A stretch of 64,000 nt of DNA from Magallana gigas (Eukaryota): assembly GCF_963853765.1 (NCBI RefSeq), contig NC_088854.1, forward strand, positions 48,980,001 to 49,044,000. The letters are read 5' to 3'. The position numbers and the translations under genes are program-made. This document shows, in pieces, positions 60,701 through 64,000 of this stretch. The notes under the pieces were generated by a model that was given only the letters and a program-made list of their open reading frames with translations, had not been told where the DNA came from and did no database searches. How positions within the stretch are numbered: the stretch's first letter is position 1; every line of letters starts with the position of its first letter.

Positions 60701-61530
60701 TCCAATTGGTGAAATGCGCAAGTTTGAGAAGGGTCTGACAGGATAAGGACAAGCTATTCTACCTATCTTAATTCCTTGATCTTATATATTTTTAATTTGA
60801 TCAGGGTTTTGCTAAGCGAATTTTCATTTTTTTTTATTCAGTGAGGGTTTTAGGGCCTGCTTAGTTGAGTTTTAAACCTTTTAAAAAACCTTGCAATAGA
60901 AACTGCTTGTCCTTTTAAAAGGGTTATCTTGGATGTACATATGTAACTGCTCAATTATTATTGGAGTAGCTCCTAGTTGCAATTTGCCTATATTGTCTTG
61001 GATCTGAACTTTATGGTGGGCGAGGTCTGGTGAAGTTGAAGCGTGGAGGGAGGGGGGGGGGTTGATAGACCAGATATTCTAAATTGTGCAGAGCCTGGGC
61101 TCCGAAAGGGCTAATTTTAGGCAGGTGATGCATTGCTATGAGCTTCTCGCTTTTGTCGAGGACATTGAACTTAGGTTTGTGAATCAAATCAATACATGCA
61201 TTTGTGAGAGTAAAAGCAGGACTGTCAAGAACAATAGCCCTTACAATTCTAATCGTAGCACTTGTGTGAAGCTGTAGGGCTGTTTCTTTTTTAATTTGAA
61301 GCCATGTGGATAAGCCAAAGCTCTGAGTCGATTGCTGACCAGCGTAATTGATGGATCAATAGACTTGCAAAGCCTAAATTGTTTATCATTATCAAGCCAG
61401 CCTTGATTGTTAGGGTTGCGGGATGCCCCTGGTCGAATTGTGTAGATATATTTAAGCAAATGGGGGAGGTTAAGTCAATGTGGCCAGAGATGTAAATGCA
61501 GGCGAACACGAGCATTGCGTTGGTCCACCT
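57800..61530 (-). mobile_element. Old, heavily degraded Ngaro-type YR retrotransposon with an SGNH remnant
   Basis: Collinear minus-strand remnants: gag (GWLDNDKQFR, ~61250-61460), RT (KIDLKSAF, YFDKCLP, ~60290-60750), YR (FFRVGE, SKSDQ, ~58550-59350), SGNH (LVIHCGGN, DGVH, ~57900-58360). Many stops and frameshifts; terminal repeats not resolved. Confidence 0.85.
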
Positions 61531-63689
61531 ATCTAAGGTAAGAATAATTTTTTATGTGCAAGTTTGTTTTTCACTCTCAATGTCGGTCAGATTTTTATGT
61601 ATTATATTTCGTGTGAACTGGGCAATAGCTATTTGCATCCTTAAATTCATTATCAACATCTTAATTCAGGTTTAGTTTTGTCTACTTATTCTCTTTGTAC
61701 ATTCTGTTGACATTGCCGATCAAAATGACATAGTTTGAGCTGGATGAACATATGTGTGTAGTGTATAGCATGCAACTTAAGTGTTGTATATGATAAATCA
61801 TTAGATTTATCCATATTATTCAGGGTTTTTTTATTTTACACTAGACAATTAATAGAATAATTATTTTGAGGAAAAAATTATGTTAATATAGCGGATTTTT
61901 ACGTCGTCTGAATGGTCACGTTTTTTGTTCCTTTATTCACAAGGATGTTTAAATGATGTAGAAAAAGTCCTTAATATTTTTTCAAATCTCTTTAACAAAT
62001 AGTCATTTAATTCGGGGGGGGGGGGGTCATTATACATTTCAAATGTCATTCAAATGTAAAGTAAGTAGAAATAGCGATATATTTAATACCTGATCTAAAA
62101 CCCACTAGAAAAACTTCCTTATTTTTATGATCATGTGCCCCAATTAAATATGTGTTAAACGATTGCAACTTTAATGTTCGTGAAATGCTCAAACCTTTTT
62201 TTATAATATTGAAAGAAAAATATTTTTCATTCTTGGTTGTGGTTGACTTTAATTTTGTTTTCAACAGAAGGTATGGAAGACATTCAGCGCTTCTAGCTCT
62301 TGGACTACATTTTGATTTTTCTTCCTTATTCAATTGGAAATTACGTAGACTCAAAAAGGTCTGGTGTCAACACGTTATATATCAGATATATTAAACATGT
62401 TAACATTTTATATCAATATCATATAGGACGATAAGATGATCATTGTATCATGGTTGCGTTAAGGAAATGATCAAAACTGTTTGAACGGAAGCTATTAGAA
62501 GTTTCAGATTTTTATGATTTTCTTTTTCATCTGATTCTTTATCTGTAATCAGGTATCATTTGATAAGTGTAGTCCCTATCCCGTGGAACTGCATTACTTT
62601 GCAGACATTGACTGTAAACAAATGCTTCATGTTTGATATGATCAAATTATAGGTCAAAATGTATATCACTAGAGTAAATTTTAGGTCTTAAGACTTCAAA
62701 TGCTATTTACACTTCCTTCATTTGTTTTATAAAAAATAAAACAACACTTTTCTTTTATTCAAGGTTCATTAAATCCGTGGTAGAGACCTGTAATACAAAT
62801 CGACCGACAGAAAAATAAAGGGTTAACCCATTAGCCAACCAGTGTTTGTAGGAAAATTTGTATACCTTACTCTATTGTATAAGTATTATCTGCTGTCTCC
62901 GCGAACGTTATCTCCTGTCTTCTTCAGTTTACCTATTAGGATAATACTTCCATGCATCCAGATATTCCGGGCATTGCTGTTTACTGTAGAGTTGCATCTC
63001 AGCCATTCTCATTTATATGACTCCATTTTGAAATATCACTGTCGCTCAAGCTTAAGTTAAGATAGTTTTTTCTTGAAGTAACGTGATAATATTATACATG
63101 TTATGGTGTAAATAATTTTGGAAACTTATATCCAATTTATATACAACAAATTGCCGTTTGTTATTTAAATGAATTATTTTTATTTTAACAGCCAAATTAT
63201 AAATGACACAGTAATTTCCATATGTCGCCACATAGGGTAGTGATAATGTTTGTCCAATTTTCAGCTACTGAAGTCGGTAAAGGAAAAAATAAAAATATAG
63301 ATTTTTGATGTAATAAATATCCTACATTTTAGCGACTACAGTATTTGCCACTTGTCAATATTTTTTTAACCAAGGTTTAATAAAACCTGTCGCAATGTTA
63401 GCATTAACAAGCGTTACCAAAACTTACCCTCCAATATGAACTAAACCAAAAAACGATCTTTTATGAATCAAGTTTCATTTAAATATATCTATTTTGTAGG
63501 CAATTAAGTATATAATCCGTTTTAGACGGGGTCACATGACCCTGTCTATTAGTTTACTGTCAGCCGAAGTCTCAAACCGGAAGGCACGTAGAACACATGA
63601 TTAGAGTCTAAGCGTAAGAAAATAGTGCAGAAAGTTTTCATGCATATCAGTAAATATATATTATAAAAACACGCATTAAATGTTTTTAA

Positions 63690-64000
63690 AGGGGCATGGT
63701 CACGATTTTGGTCAAATTCTGTTTTTATGTTTTTATTATTTACAATGCTTTAGAAATGCATTTCTAATAAACAAATAAAACTTAAGAGTCATTCGTAGAG
63801 TTATAAGCTAGATACAGGGCTCACAATTCTTTGTCATGTAAACAAGGCTCGTGCCCTGTTTTTGTTTACATATTCAATATACCAGTAAAAAATCTTTTTC
63901 CAGTGTATTTGTCTATCTTTTATTTAGTTTGAGCATAGATAAACAGTTCCTAACATTTAAAACATTCGTTTTAGGTTTAAAACTGAAATGTTTACTGAAT
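63690..64000 (+). mobile_element. Left end of a Kolobok-like non-autonomous DNA transposon (runs off the window)
   Basis: TTAA (63686-63689) followed by AGGGGCATGGTCACG. A TTAA target with RR terminus fits Kolobok. The other end is not in the window. Confidence 0.55.

Overview
AT-rich eukaryotic genomic DNA with spliceosomal introns and one 135-N assembly gap. The repeat types suggest a bivalve, probably an oyster (inference). The host content is two tandem + strand paralogs of an Ig/FnIII single-pass receptor with tyrosine-motif tails (ITIM-like, ITAM-like, YxN). Copy 1 (6787-25857) is only the 3' part and is open throughout. Copy 2 (34040-56431) spans signal peptide to stop but is a pseudogene with several lesions. 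Introns and intergenic DNA hold many transposable elements: a 9-bp-TSD foldback-type element containing an intact three-exon hAT transposon with a 5-bp TSD; a 3.4-kb TAC..GTA element with a 6-bp TSD (IS3EU-like); three Ngaro-type tyrosine-recombinase retrotransposons (young and nearly intact with an SGNH hydrolase ORF, internally deleted, and old and degraded); a decayed CR1/L2-group LINE; MITEs, Helentron/HINE-like pieces and a Kolobok-like end. A perfect 96-bp-arm palindrome carries two Penelope-type minimal hammerhead ribozyme motifs. All exon and boundary calls were made by eye, with no database searches.
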